DNA of 64,000 nt from Vulcanimicrobiota bacterium. GTDB lineage: Bacteria > Vulcanimicrobiota > Vulcanimicrobiia > Vulcanimicrobiales > Vulcanimicrobiaceae. Under the pieces are notes generated by a model that was not told the origin of the DNA, ran no database searches, and saw only the letters and a program-made list of their open reading frames with translations. This document shows positions 38,876-48,620 of the stretch, piece by piece; the first letter of the stretch is position 1; each line of letters starts with the position of its first letter. Location: the NCBI GenBank assembly GCA_963714015.1, contig OY970223.1, positions 2,656,001 through 2,720,000 on the forward strand. Reading direction: 5' to 3'. The translations under genes and the position numbers were made by a program.

Positions 38876-40406
38876 TCAATCGTAACTTTCGTCACCGTAG
38901 TTAACTAGAAGATCGCGCGTCGTCTTGGCGCCGAGACTTCCGCAAAACCGTGACCGTTCGATTGCGCACCGTATTCTCGCTGATATTGAGGTCCGCGGCG
39001 ATCGCCGCCCGGTTCTTGCCCTTGAGAATCATCACGAAGATTTCGCGTTCGCGTTCGGAGAGCGTCTGCAAACGCGGATCGGAGAGCCGTTCCTGATGAC
39101 GGTCGACGAGCCGGCGGAACCAGATATGGGGGAAATTCGCGTCGATCGTCTTGGCCGCGTACTCGAGCAGGCCGTCTTTGTGCTCCATTTCGCCGAGGTG
39201 AATCGCGGCCAGCGATGCCCGCCACAAGAACCCGATCGATCTCCAGGTGCGCCAGGCCGATTCGATATGCTGCGTTGCGGCGCTACGGTCTCCGTTCGAG
39301 CGCTCGACAACGCCGCTCGTGTAATCAATCAGTGCACGGATGCGCAGGTCCGGACGCGAGAAGGCGAGCAGCGGATATGCGGACGTCTTGATCTCGGCGT
39401 ACTTGTCCAAGAAGAACTTCGATCTCGTTGGATTCTTCGGCGCCGTCAACTCCGCCGCGAGTAAGAGCGCAGCTCGTTCATCACCGATGACCGTATCCCA
39501 ATCAATGGGCGCAAGGAGCGCTTCGGCTTCACGCAAGCAATGCTCGGAGAACGCCGCTTCGTTCAGCCCCGCGGCCAAATATGCGCGGTCAAGGAACGTT
39601 AGCGCACGTAACGCCGGCTTCGGCGCAACGGAAGCCGACTTCGAAAAGAAGTCATACGCCGTTGGTCCCTGCCCGGCAGTCGCGTAAAACCACGCGATAT
39701 TGCGTAGCGTCTGACACTGCTGCGCCGCAACGGAGGGAACCCATGGGACGTGCGCCGCTTTCGCCTCGACGTAGCAAGCCAGATCCGCACTGTCGAGCTC
39801 GCGCGCGAGCGCAGAAAGCGTTTGCACGCACCACGCCGCCATCCATACGTCGTACGCTGGTTCGCGAAAGAGCAAATCGATTGCGTCACGCAGATGAGCG
39901 ATCTGCTTGGTGAAATGCCCGCGCACCCCGGCGAGTCCAGCCAGCAACTCGAAACGTCGCGCCGGTTCAAATTCTACGACGGCAGGCTCGTTGAGCAGTT
40001 GCTCTGCGTCCGAATAATTGCCGAGCACCCAATGCGTGAGTGCTTCTTGATAGCACGCCTCGCCAAGAGCCGCACGATCGTCGAATTGCATCGCGTACCG
40101 GCGTGCCGCAGTGTGAACGAGCAGACCGTCTTTCGTCATATCCGAGCGGCACATTGCTGCGCCTAGCAGTGCAAGCGGGCGCGGTTTTTGCTCGAGCGGC
40201 AGATCGTTTACGAAAAAATAAAACCCCGACTGCAGCAGATCGACGTGCTTCCCAAGGCGCATGAAAATGCGCGCTCGCAGCATGCGCGCTTCAAGGCGCG
40301 AATCGTCGTGCGTAGCGGTAAGGCATTCATCGAATCGGGCTTGCTGGAACAAACGGCTTGCGTCGTCCGCCGAGTACCCGACCTTGGCGTTAGTCGTCGG
40401 TAACAT
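38876..40406 (-). CDS. TPR-like helical receptor with C-terminal LuxR HTH (1-nt frameshift near 38937)
   Basis: About 430-aa helical-repeat region, then LSEREREIF..GKNRAAIAADLNISENTVRN; corrected end KLGAKTTRDLL. Confidence 0.85.
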
Positions 40407-40415
40407 AGAAAAGAT

Positions 40416-40446
40416 GGGGCACGATCTGTAGTATAGACCGTGCCCC
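40416..40446 (-). terminator. 12-bp hairpin between the peptide and receptor genes
   Basis: GGGGCACGGTCT-N7-AGATCGTGCCCC then ATCTTTCT. Confidence 0.5.
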
Positions 40447-40477
40447 CGCTCTTTTGAGAAATCAATCCGTAAATCTT

Positions 40478-40622
40478 TTAGCCGCCGCCGATTCCGCCCC
40501 CATTGTCAGCCGGCGGAGGTGTCGGTTGCGACGTGGCGTTGATCGTCACGTTCGCTGATGGCGGTTGAATCGGTGACAGAGCAAAAGACTAAACTGAGCA
40601 GCACGCCAAGAATGTAGATCAC
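40478..40622 (-). CDS. Small secreted peptide precursor
   Basis: AAGGAG RBS plus GTG and hydrophobic MIYILGVLLSLVF. As read it is 38 aa (stop 40506). Removing one T from a T4 run gives 47 aa ending PTPPPADNGGGIGGG (stop 40478). Confidence 0.65.
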
Positions 40623-40653
40623 CGTAGGCTCCTTTGCAGACAAAAGTCGCTAG

Positions 40654-40669
40654 TGGGTACTTTTGTACC
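40654..40669. promoter_or_regulatory. Palindromic operator GGTAC-N4-GTACC
   Basis: Identical 16-mer to 38794-38809; lies between the divergent peptide and integrase genes. Confidence 0.65.
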
Positions 40670-40734
40670 TAGCACGTTGCTTCGCGGCGCATGTGTCAGT
40701 GCCCTGAGATCGTCGGACGATCTTTACGCAAGCG

Positions 40735-42317
40735 GTGACAGAGCGGACGGAGGTCCCGCGCAACGCGTGGAAGGGCACTGCCCCAATCGTGAAGTTGAAA
40801 AAGAGCGGCCAACTGCAAGGTCACGCGGCATGGGCCTATTTGGTCGTCAGCTCCGAGCAGCAAGCCGATACGCTCGACGATCAGCAGGCGTGGGCAGATC
40901 GCACCGCGCGCGCGCACGGCTGGGAGATCACGCGCTGGTTCAAGGACACGTCGACCGGCAAATCCGGCGCGCGCAAGCTGCTCGATGATCTCGTCGAAGC
41001 ACTGCGCGCCATGAAACCCGCCGAACGCCCAGCACGCGTGCTGATGACGCGCCTCGATCGCCTCGGGCGCGGCGATGGCCTCGAGCCCATCGAATACTTT
41101 GCGAAGATCCGTACGCTCGGCCCGGTAATTCATACCAGGGAAGACGGCGACAACGCGATCCATCGCGCGAGCGATGCGCTCAAGCCGATCCTGCGCGTCC
41201 TTACCGGTGCGCTCGAAAACGAAGCGCGTCGCGATAAGATGATCGAGAAGTGGCGGAACTGGAAAGCCGGCGGCCGCAAAGGTCTGCTCCGGCCCTACGG
41301 TATCGCTACTGACGAGCATGGCCATGACGTTGCCCTCGAGCCCCAAGCGGAGTTCGTCAGGAAGGCGTTTCAGCTGCGCGTCCAAGGGCTCGGGCACGTG
41401 GCGATAGGCAACTACCTACGCGAACACGCGCCGCCGATGATCTACAAAAACCCGCGCAAGAAACTCTCCGAGCATCGCATGCGCTGGACGCGCGGGAGCG
41501 TTCCGCAGATGCTGCGCAACGAAGCCTACCGGGGCGTTGTCGTCGACGAGGCGCTCTGGGATGAAGTGCAATTCGTACAGCGGTGGGTTCCGCCCAAAAA
41601 GACGGTCAAGTGGGAATGGCCGCTCTCCGGAACGCTCCGGTGTTACTGCGGGTACAGCATGACCGGTCAAGCCTCCGGTGGCAGCTGCAACCGCTGCAAA
41701 GGGCGCGACCATCGGCATGAGCGCGTTCGCTATTATGTCTGCTCTGAGCGTACGCACGTCGGCGTCGAGCCAACGCGTTCGAATCAAGGACCGCCAACCT
41801 CAAGTAAACCGCATTCGCGTTTCGTGCGGGCCGATTTACTCGAAGAGAAGTTCGCCGATCTGTTGAAGCAGATGGCCGGCTCCCGCAGCTCGTCGCACGA
41901 TTCGCGTCCGAGAAACGGTTGTCAGCGCGATCGCGACAAGCGCTCGAGGACCGTGTGCGCAAATTGGGCGACGTCGTCGCCGGCGCCGAACTACGCCGCG
42001 AACGCGTTTGGGCACTACACGAAAAGGGACACGTGCGGGACGAGGATCTACAGCAACGCCTCGACGCGATCTCCGTGGAAACCGGTGCGGCTAAGCAGGA
42101 ACTTACGCGGCTACGGGCCGAGATCGCGCAGCAGGAACGCATCGGCGGTGCCGCCCGGAGCGCCCTCGAAATGCTTCGGCGCGCGGCGCAGATTTGGGCC
42201 GATGCGGACGTTGAGGACAGGCAATTCATTGCAACCGCAGTCGCTCGATATTGCGGCGGATTGACGGTAACGGCGGATGGAACGCTGCAACCGGGACGCC
42301 TCGTCCAGACCGCTTAA
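40735..42317 (+). CDS. Large serine recombinase/integrase (frameshift near 41880)
   Basis: AYLVVSSEQQ, DTSTG, TRLDRLGR, recombinase domain LRNEAYRG, Zn ribbon LSGTLRCYCG..YYVC, coiled coil in the second frame. Confidence 0.9.
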
Positions 42318-42332
42318 AAGCGAACAAGAGTT

Positions 42333-42348
42333 CGTTCCACGTGAAACG
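42333..42348. promoter_or_regulatory. parS-like site
   Basis: CGTTCCACGTGAAACG versus the chromosomal consensus TGTTNCACGTGAAACA. Confidence 0.7.
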
Positions 42349-42396
42349 GTGACAGAGTGTGGTCTCCTCCGAATTGCCGCCAGCGTACTTGACTTT

Positions 42397-42501
42397 GAAA
42401 ACATGCGCGAGATCAATACGCTTCGCGACGTTCAGATGGCGCAGCGTAAAGCAGACAACTCCATTACGAAGAAATTCATCCAGTCGATCGCGGAAGACTA
42501 A
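42397..42501 (+). pseudogene. 3' remnant of a small host gene interrupted by the prophage (attR region)
   Basis: ENMREINTLRDVQMAQRKADNSITKKFIQSI aligns to the C-terminus of the adjacent paralogue; no 5' part visible. Confidence 0.55.
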
Positions 42502-42800
42502 TGCGCGCGGAGAGTGTTTCATCGAGCCGGCCGGGTGTGGGAAAAACGAGCGCCGGCAAGACCGCGGCTTCCAAGGCGCCGGACGCGGACGCAGCGTCCG
42601 CGCTAACCGACGGGATGGATCGCGAGCAGGCTAAGGAAGTCCGCCTCGAGCTGCTTCTGCAGCGCCAGCGCGACCGCTTCGACTTTCAGACCGAGGAGCG
42701 CACGGAACTCGAACGCGAGTACAATACGATGCGAGATATGATGCTCGCGCAGGAGAAAAACGACGACGAGATCGTCAAGAAGTACGTCGCGATGATTTAG
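42501..42800 (+). CDS. Small coiled-coil host protein
   Basis: 99 aa; coupled to the upstream stop. Confidence 0.65.
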   Translation: MRAESVSSSRPGVGKTSAGKTAASKAPDADAASALTDGMDREQAKEVRLELLLQRQRDRFDFQTEERTELEREYNTMRDMMLAQEKNDDEIVKKYVAMI

Positions 42801-42883
42801 CCCGCGGCCGCTTCTCAAGAGGGAGGCCGGGGCTTGCGCCCCGTGGTAGAATCGGTTCTGCGGGCAGCCCCCGCGCCCGCGCC

Positions 42884-42960
42884 GGGCCATTAGCTCAGTT
42901 GGTTAGAGCGCATGCTTGATAAGCATGAGGTCCCAAGTTCGAGCCTTGGATGGCCCACCA
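42884..42960 (+). tRNA. tRNA-Ile(GAT)
   Basis: Cloverleaf, CATGC-TTGATAA-GCATG, encoded CCA. Confidence 0.97.
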
Positions 42961-43103
42961 GTTCCAAAGCCCCGCAGCGCTGCGGGGCTTCGCATTTCGC
43001 GCGAGCTTCCAAACGCGGCGGCGTATCGATTGACGCTCGCCCCGGGACCCGGTAAACTACCCCGCGCTGGGACATTTGGCCTATAGCCACGAATGATAAT
43101 ACG

Positions 43104-43325
43104 ATGGCGAAAGATCGGATTACGGCAAGGGGAGAGCCCGACCCGAACAAATGCTACCGCAGTGTCTGCTGCAATACCGTAAATTTTACCGCGGCAAAGC
43201 GCCGCGATGCGGCCGTCGTGAAAGGCTTTTGCAGCGTCGAATGCGCCTGGTGGTGCGGCTTCATCGTCACCCCCGAAGTGCGAGAGCGCTTGCTGGACAA
43301 AGCCAAAGTCGCAGTTAAAAAGTAA
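43104..43325 (+). CDS. Small Cys-rich protein
   Basis: CYRSVCC..FCSVEC. Confidence 0.6.
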   Translation: MAKDRITARGEPDPNKCYRSVCCNTVNFTAAKRRDAAVVKGFCSVECAWWCGFIVTPEVRERLLDKAKVAVKK

Positions 43326-43326
43326 G

Positions 43327-43806
43327 CTAACTCTTCTCGGATTGCGCGAGCAGCGGCGCTATCAATTCTGCGACGCGCTCGAGCACGTTGCGATCGCGGT
43401 CACCGAACGCATTGAGCCGATCGCTCTCTGCGTCGATCGTGCCTACGACTTGGCCGCCGCTGTGCGCTAAGACGATCATTTCCGATCGCGTGTCTCCAAA
43501 CGCCGTCAAGTAGTTCGGATCGTTTTTCACATCGCCGGCGACGACCGTCTTTTCTTGGCGAAGCGCTTCGCCGGTAAGACCGCGATCGCGCGAGAATACG
43601 GGGTGCGCCGGCGGATGCGGTCCGCTAAAGACGAGCATGCGAACTTGAGCCGGCGTGACCTCGTAGATTCCCACCCAGCGGTAGTTGCCTGCGGCATGGA
43701 TATCCGCGGCTAGTGCACGTAGCCGCTCCCGGCGAGAACCGTTGTCTGCGACGATTTCCCGAACGTGAGCTTCGAGCGTAGAAAGGTCGATGAAATGCTT
43801 GGTCAT
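43327..43806 (-). CDS. GAF domain protein (fRMsr/YebR-like)
   Basis: WVGIY, GLTG, DV..DPNYL..TRSEMIV, GTIDAES..F. Confidence 0.85.
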   Translation of the reverse strand: MTKHFIDLSTLEAHVREIVADNGSRRERLRALAADIHAAGNYRWVGIYEVTPAQVRMLVFSGPHPPAHPVFSRDRGLTGEALRQEKTVVAGDVKNDPNYLTAFGDTRSEMIVLAHSGGQVVGTIDAESDRLNAFGDRDRNVLERVAELIAPLLAQSEKS

Positions 43807-43873
43807 GGGATAAATCTTCGCCAAGGCAGAAGGTCGGGCACTGCTGCGGCGCCGAACGGGCGGCGGTCGATTC

Positions 43874-43946
43874 GGGGATGTAGCTCAGCTGGTAGAGCGC
43901 CTGCTTTGCAAGCAGGATGTCAGGGGTTCGAGTCCCCTCATCTCCA
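43874..43946 (+). tRNA. tRNA-Ala(TGC)
   Basis: Cloverleaf, G3:U70, anticodon TGC. Confidence 0.97.
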
Positions 43947-43991
43947 CAGGTCTGAAGCGGCCCGCGTGGAATGAACGCGGGTCCTTTCGCA

Positions 43992-44064
43992 GGGGGCATA
44001 GCTCAGTTGGTAGAGCATTACGCTGGCAGCGTAAGGGTCAGGAGTTCGAGTCTCCTTGCCTCCA
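43992..44064 (+). tRNA. tRNA-Ala(GGC)
   Basis: Cloverleaf, G3:U70, anticodon GGC. Confidence 0.95.
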
Positions 44065-44080
44065 CAAAATTCCAAGGGAA

Positions 44081-44108
44081 ATCCCTCGGTCTATACCGGG
44101 GGATTGTT
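44081..44108 (+). terminator. Hairpin terminator after the tRNAs
   Basis: ATCCCTCGG..CCGGGGGAT followed by TGTT. Confidence 0.55.
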
Positions 44109-44139
44109 CGTTCGAGCGCACACTCGATTTAGGCCGGCG

Positions 44140-44979
44140 CTATTCGCGCTTTGCTGCGAGCTCGGCGGTTCTCACCGCGCGCGCAGCGACATCCGAGACC
44201 CCGAGCTTCTCACAGAGCGACGCAAATTCGGCCGTTGGACCGTGCCACCGCAATTCGTCGACGCCGTCAAAGAGTCTCGCATCGGTTCGAAGCGTCGCCA
44301 AGTTCTTGAAGAGTAAGGCCAGCGCGCGGCTTTCGCCGAGCACCTCCGGCGGGAAATCCTCGATTTTGCCGTACCGCGTAAGCAGTGACGACGCGCCTTT
44401 TGCTCCGATGCCCTTGATGCCGGGATATCCGTCGGAAGCATCGCCGACGAGGGCCAAATAATCCGGTATGAGTTGGGGATCGACTCCGAATTTCGAGCGT
44501 ACGCCGGCCGCATCGCGAACGGCGTTGCTTCGTCGATCCACTTGCACGATGCGATCCCGGCAAACGCACTGCGAAAGATCTTTATCCGGCGTCCAGATGC
44601 AAATTTTTTCAACGCGAGCATCGTTCGCTGCGATCTGCGCGGCTGACGCGAGCGCATCGTCGGCCTCGAGGTCGACCATCGCCCAGACCGCGATGCCCAT
44701 CGCTCCCAAGGCAACCTCGAGCGGCTCGAATTGCGCCAGGAGTGCCGGCTCGACGCCCGCGCCCGTCTTGTATCCGTCCCAAAGCCCGTTGCGAAAAGAT
44801 TCGATGACGTGATCGGTAGCGACGCCGACGTGCGTGGCGCCCTCGGAAATCATCTGCAAGACGGTATTGAGCACCCCGGCCACGGCGCCGAACCGGGCGC
44901 CTTTACGGCTCCCGGCGCGGCTCAGGCCGTAAAAGTGGCGGAACAGCTCGTACGTTCCGTCGATTAGGTGCACGATCAT
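44140..44979 (-). CDS. 5'-3' exonuclease / flap endonuclease
   Basis: LIDG, EADDALAS, DKDL, LVGDASDGYPGIKGIGAKGA. Confidence 0.93.
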   Translation of the reverse strand: MIVHLIDGTYELFRHFYGLSRAGSRKGARFGAVAGVLNTVLQMISEGATHVGVATDHVIESFRNGLWDGYKTGAGVEPALLAQFEPLEVALGAMGIAVWAMVDLEADDALASAAQIAANDARVEKICIWTPDKDLSQCVCRDRIVQVDRRSNAVRDAAGVRSKFGVDPQLIPDYLALVGDASDGYPGIKGIGAKGASSLLTRYGKIEDFPPEVLGESRALALLFKNLATLRTDARLFDGVDELRWHGPTAEFASLCEKLGVSDVAARAVRTAELAAKRE

Positions 44980-45104
44980 GCGTTTGCCTTCATAAGCCGG
45001 CGAGTTGCGCCGGATTCACCAGGCCGTCTCCTCTTCTGCGCAGCGCGTAAGCGGGCCACTGCAACGTGTGACTGCTGCCGGGCCGGTGGTATGACCGAGC
45101 CACT

Positions 45105-46007
45105 ATGCGATGCATCCACTTTCTCTCCTCGCGTCCGCGCGTCGTTCTTCGTTCAGCATTAGCGGCATCAGCTTTGGCACTTGCCGCATGCAGCGGAGGC
45201 GGCAGCAGCATCGTGGGGCCCATCTCGAACTTCGGCCCTGGCGGAAACGCCGCGCAGGTGCGCTTCGTCAACGGTTCGCCGGACGCCGGTCCGGTTCAAG
45301 TCTCCCTGGACAATCAACAGCAATTCTGCACAAGCGGCGCAACGGGATCGGCCTGCGCGCTCAATTACGGAACGGTTACCGGTTACATCGTCAATCTCAA
45401 CGCCGGAAGCCACGCCATCGTACTTCGCGATCAAAACAACAACACAATCACCATTCCGAATGCCACCGTTGCCGTTAACAGCGGCTATCGATACACTATT
45501 GCACTGGTTGGTGAGACGCATCCGTCCGCATCGGGGCATGCTCTGGGCGTGGTGACGATTCAGGAACAGCCGTTCAGCACGCCGTCGGGCGGAAGCGCGG
45601 TGAACTTCAACAACGCCTCGCCGTCGGAAACTGCCGCGGCCGGCGGTCACGTGCAATTTGGGTACGCCACCGCGAACTCCACGGCTCCGGTCAACGTGGG
45701 CGCTCCAATCGGCGTGGGGGCCGAAACCAATCCGTCCGCCGGTGGAATTCCGTCCAGCAGCCTCAACGTCCCGATCACGTTTTTCGCCTCTTCGCAGGCC
45801 TCGGGCATCACCGTCACGCCTAGCCAAATTGACGCCGCAAACTGCAGCAGCAACGCGCTCCCGTGCGGCAACAACGAAATGAATCTCTCGCTGTACTTGA
45901 TCGATGGTCCGGCCGATTCGACGACGCCGATAGCGGGACCGTATCCCATAGGATTCAGTACCTCCACGAAGGCGGGATTCGTGGGCGCGTTCGACCCGAA
46001 CGGTTAG
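45105..46007 (+). CDS. Lipoprotein with DUF4397-like domain
   Basis: LAAC lipobox; VRFVNGSPDAGPV. Confidence 0.8.
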   Translation: MRCIHFLSSRPRVVLRSALAASALALAACSGGGSSIVGPISNFGPGGNAAQVRFVNGSPDAGPVQVSLDNQQQFCTSGATGSACALNYGTVTGYIVNLNAGSHAIVLRDQNNNTITIPNATVAVNSGYRYTIALVGETHPSASGHALGVVTIQEQPFSTPSGGSAVNFNNASPSETAAAGGHVQFGYATANSTAPVNVGAPIGVGAETNPSAGGIPSSSLNVPITFFASSQASGITVTPSQIDAANCSSNALPCGNNEMNLSLYLIDGPADSTTPIAGPYPIGFSTSTKAGFVGAFDPNG

Positions 46008-46040
46008 TCGGACGCAGCCGGCTGTGGTATACTGCGCTGC

Positions 46041-46435
46041 GCGGAGTACGCCGGACGGCCGCGCGTCCTAGCGACGTGAGGAAAGTCCGGGCTTCACAGG
46101 GCAGGGTGCAGGATAACGTCCTGTCGAGGTGACTCGAAGGAAAGTGCCACAGAAACATACCGCCCCAGCCTGCTGGGGCGATTTGGGGCCACCGCTCAGA
46201 GGTCCCCAAATTGCCTCATCAAGTTGGGGTAAGGGTGAAATCGTGAGGTAAGAGCTCACGGAGCCGCACGGAGACGTGCGCTCGGGTAAACCCCACCCGA
46301 AGCAAGACACGCTCGATATCAACGGACGGCCCGTCCGCACGAGCCAAGTCGCATCCAGGTGCGCGGTAACGCGCGCCGCAGAGAGATGGCCGTCGCCCTC
46401 AACGGTACAGAATCCGGCTTATAGGCGTACTCCGC
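46041..46435 (+). ncRNA. rnpB: RNase P RNA (type A)
   Basis: GAGGAAAGTCC, AGTGCCACAGAAA, ACAGAATCCGGCTTA; P1 GCGGAGTACGCC/GGCGTACTCCGC; TATACT upstream. Confidence 0.97.
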
Positions 46436-46458
46436 GCCCGTCACGTACTTTAATACCA

Positions 46459-48166
46459 ATGAACTCGAAGCTGTGGCGCGCGCTCATGCTGGCGCTGATA
46501 ATCGGGGCCGCGCTTTTTGCCGCGTTCGGATCGTACGTCGAGGTTTCGAACGATGAGTTCGGGTTGAGTATGCTTCCCTCGGCGCACACGTCAGCGTACG
46601 TGGTACGCGACGTCGATTCGAAATCAGCCGCGGACCGCGCGGGCATTCGTCCCGGCGATACCGTCGCGCCCGTGAAGCATGATTTTCTAAGCCGTGCTAC
46701 GCTGGCATACCCGGCGCGCGGTGCGAAGGTCATGGTGCTGGTGAACGGAATCCGCCGGGTTACACTGATCGAGACCAAGAGCGACCCGGCGTACACGAAC
46801 TTACCGTATACGATCGTGCGATTGTGCTTTCTCGCCGTTGCCGCGCTGCTGGCATGGCGCCGCCCCGACGATCGAAGCACGCGGATGCTCGTATGGTTTT
46901 TGTTCACGATCGGACTCGGAATCGCGCTGAACAATCACGAGTTCGGATCGCCGGTGCTGTCCGTAATCGTGCTGCAGATGGGCTCTGTCTCGCTGCTTCT
47001 GTTCTCGTTCGGCGCCGGAGCACGTTTCGCCGCAACGTTCCCCGAGGGCACCGCCAAGGGAATGCCGCGGATATTGGCGGCCCTCACGACCGCAATAACG
47101 ACCCTCGGAATACTTTGTTTGGCTGCGACCGTACTCGGCATACTGCCCGATCGGGCCCGCCCGCTGACCGCCGCGGCTGTGACCTTGGCTTTCTTGATCG
47201 CGATTGTGATGCTCGTCGCGATCTTGATCGAACGCTATGCAAATACGCGCGCGGAAGACCGCCGGCGGCGCCAGTGGATATTTTTGATACTCGGCCTGGG
47301 ACTTGCCGGACCCGCCGTGGACCTTGCATTTCAGCTGTTTGCGTCGTTCAATCAAACGGCCGATGAATTAGGGTCGCTCTCGCTGCTGATCATTCCGTTC
47401 GGCCTGGCATACGTAATTTTGCGGCACCGCGTCATCGACGTCGGATTCGTGCTCAACCGTGCTGCGGTGTATGGATTGATGTCGATTGTCATCGTCGGGA
47501 TCTTCGTAGTCGTCGAGACGCTGCTGGCAAAATACGTCGAAAACAGCAGCCATGTCACCAGCACCGCGGTGCAGCTTGCCGTCGCTCTGGGACTCGGATT
47601 CTCAATTCGGGCGATGCACGCGCGCGTCGATCGATTCGTCGACACGGTGCTCTTCCGCGAACGTCATGAAGCCGAAGCGGCGATTCGCAACTTCGCACAC
47701 GACGCGCCGTACATCACCGACGGCCCCACGCTCGGCAAACGCTGCGTCGAAACCGCACTGCGCTATGCCGGCACGTCGAATGCGGGGATATGGATGCGCG
47801 GGGAGATGGACGCCTACGTGCCGGTGGAATCGACGTTCCGTCCAAGTGTTCCGGTCAATGAAAACGACCCCGCAATCGTCGCCATGCGCGCCCGCCGCAT
47901 CGTCGTCGAACTGGGTGAGGATTCGAGCAGTTTGCCCGGTGCGCTCGCATTCCCGATGATCGTGCGCGGCGAGCTGCTTGGTTTGCTGGTCTGCGGCGGG
48001 AAAGCGCATGGAGAGACATACGCACCGGACGAACGCGACGCGTTGGAGGCGATGGCGCTGGCGGTCGGCCACTCCTACGATGCCCTGGAGATTAGGGGAG
48101 CTGCGCCGTCGCCTCCAAGCGCCGGAGGGAAGTTTCGCAACCGGCGGGGCCTTGGGTATGTCCTAG
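46459..48166 (+). CDS. PDZ + multi-TM + GAF-like membrane sensor (frameshift near 48095)
   Basis: AADRAGIRPGD, many TM segments, GAF-like C-terminus; extra G in a G run. Confidence 0.75.
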
Positions 48167-48204
48167 GCGAAGGGTCTTCCCCGCCAAGGAGTAGTTTTTC
48201 AACT

Positions 48205-48609
48205 GTGAGCGACAAACGTTTTACCCCTGAGATGACCGTCGATCAGGCCTTTAAATTGCACGCAGGCGCCCGGCGGGTCTTCGCCCGTTTTCACCTGGGC
48301 GGTTGCTCGAACTGCGCGATCAGCGAGTCGCATACCATCGGCGCAGTCAGCGAAGATTACGGTATCCCGCTGCCGATGCTGCTGGATAGTTTGAACGCGC
48401 TATGGGATCAGGGCGGGCTTTCGGTCGGCGACAAAGTGCGAATTCCGGAAGAAATCCGCTCCAAGATACCGCAGCTAGCCAACGTCCCGGAGATCGGTGA
48501 GATCAAGAGCGTCGAAGCGGGGGCATACACGGCCGAATTCGGCGACGTTCGCCTGCAAGGTTTGGCCGAGGACTTCCTGCCGGTCGTGGCGGACGTTACG
48601 CCCGCCTAG
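48205..48609 (+). CDS. DUF1858-like CxxC protein
   Basis: FTPEMTV..VFARFHLGGCSNC; AAGGAG upstream. Confidence 0.75.
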   Translation: MSDKRFTPEMTVDQAFKLHAGARRVFARFHLGGCSNCAISESHTIGAVSEDYGIPLPMLLDSLNALWDQGGLSVGDKVRIPEEIRSKIPQLANVPEIGEIKSVEAGAYTAEFGDVRLQGLAEDFLPVVADVTPA

Positions 48610-48620
48610 CGTTCCCGAAC

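Larger units (their letters stand above)
1..42400. mobile_element. Prophage (temperate, contractile-tailed); left part lies outside the window
   Basis: Ordered modules: sheath, neck, capsid, scaffold, portal, terminase, methylases, replication, cro/cI, serine integrase. Host housekeeping genes resume after about 42.4 kb. Right boundary is approximate. Confidence 0.93.

Noticed and set aside
21570..38883. Exact 18-mer CGTAAGATCGTCAATCGT at 21570-21587 and 38866-38883
   Set aside because: One copy is inside a coding sequence, it has no symmetry and there is no element between the copies; plausibly chance.
42884..44064. tRNA genes as the prophage attachment site
   Set aside because: The integrase is a serine type, a host gene lies between it and the tRNA, and no tRNA 3' duplication was seen.
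46276..48609. 777-aa PDZ-TM-GAF-DUF1858 fusion
   Set aside because: The 5' end overlaps rnpB and the junction comes from an extra G near 48095; these are two separate genes.
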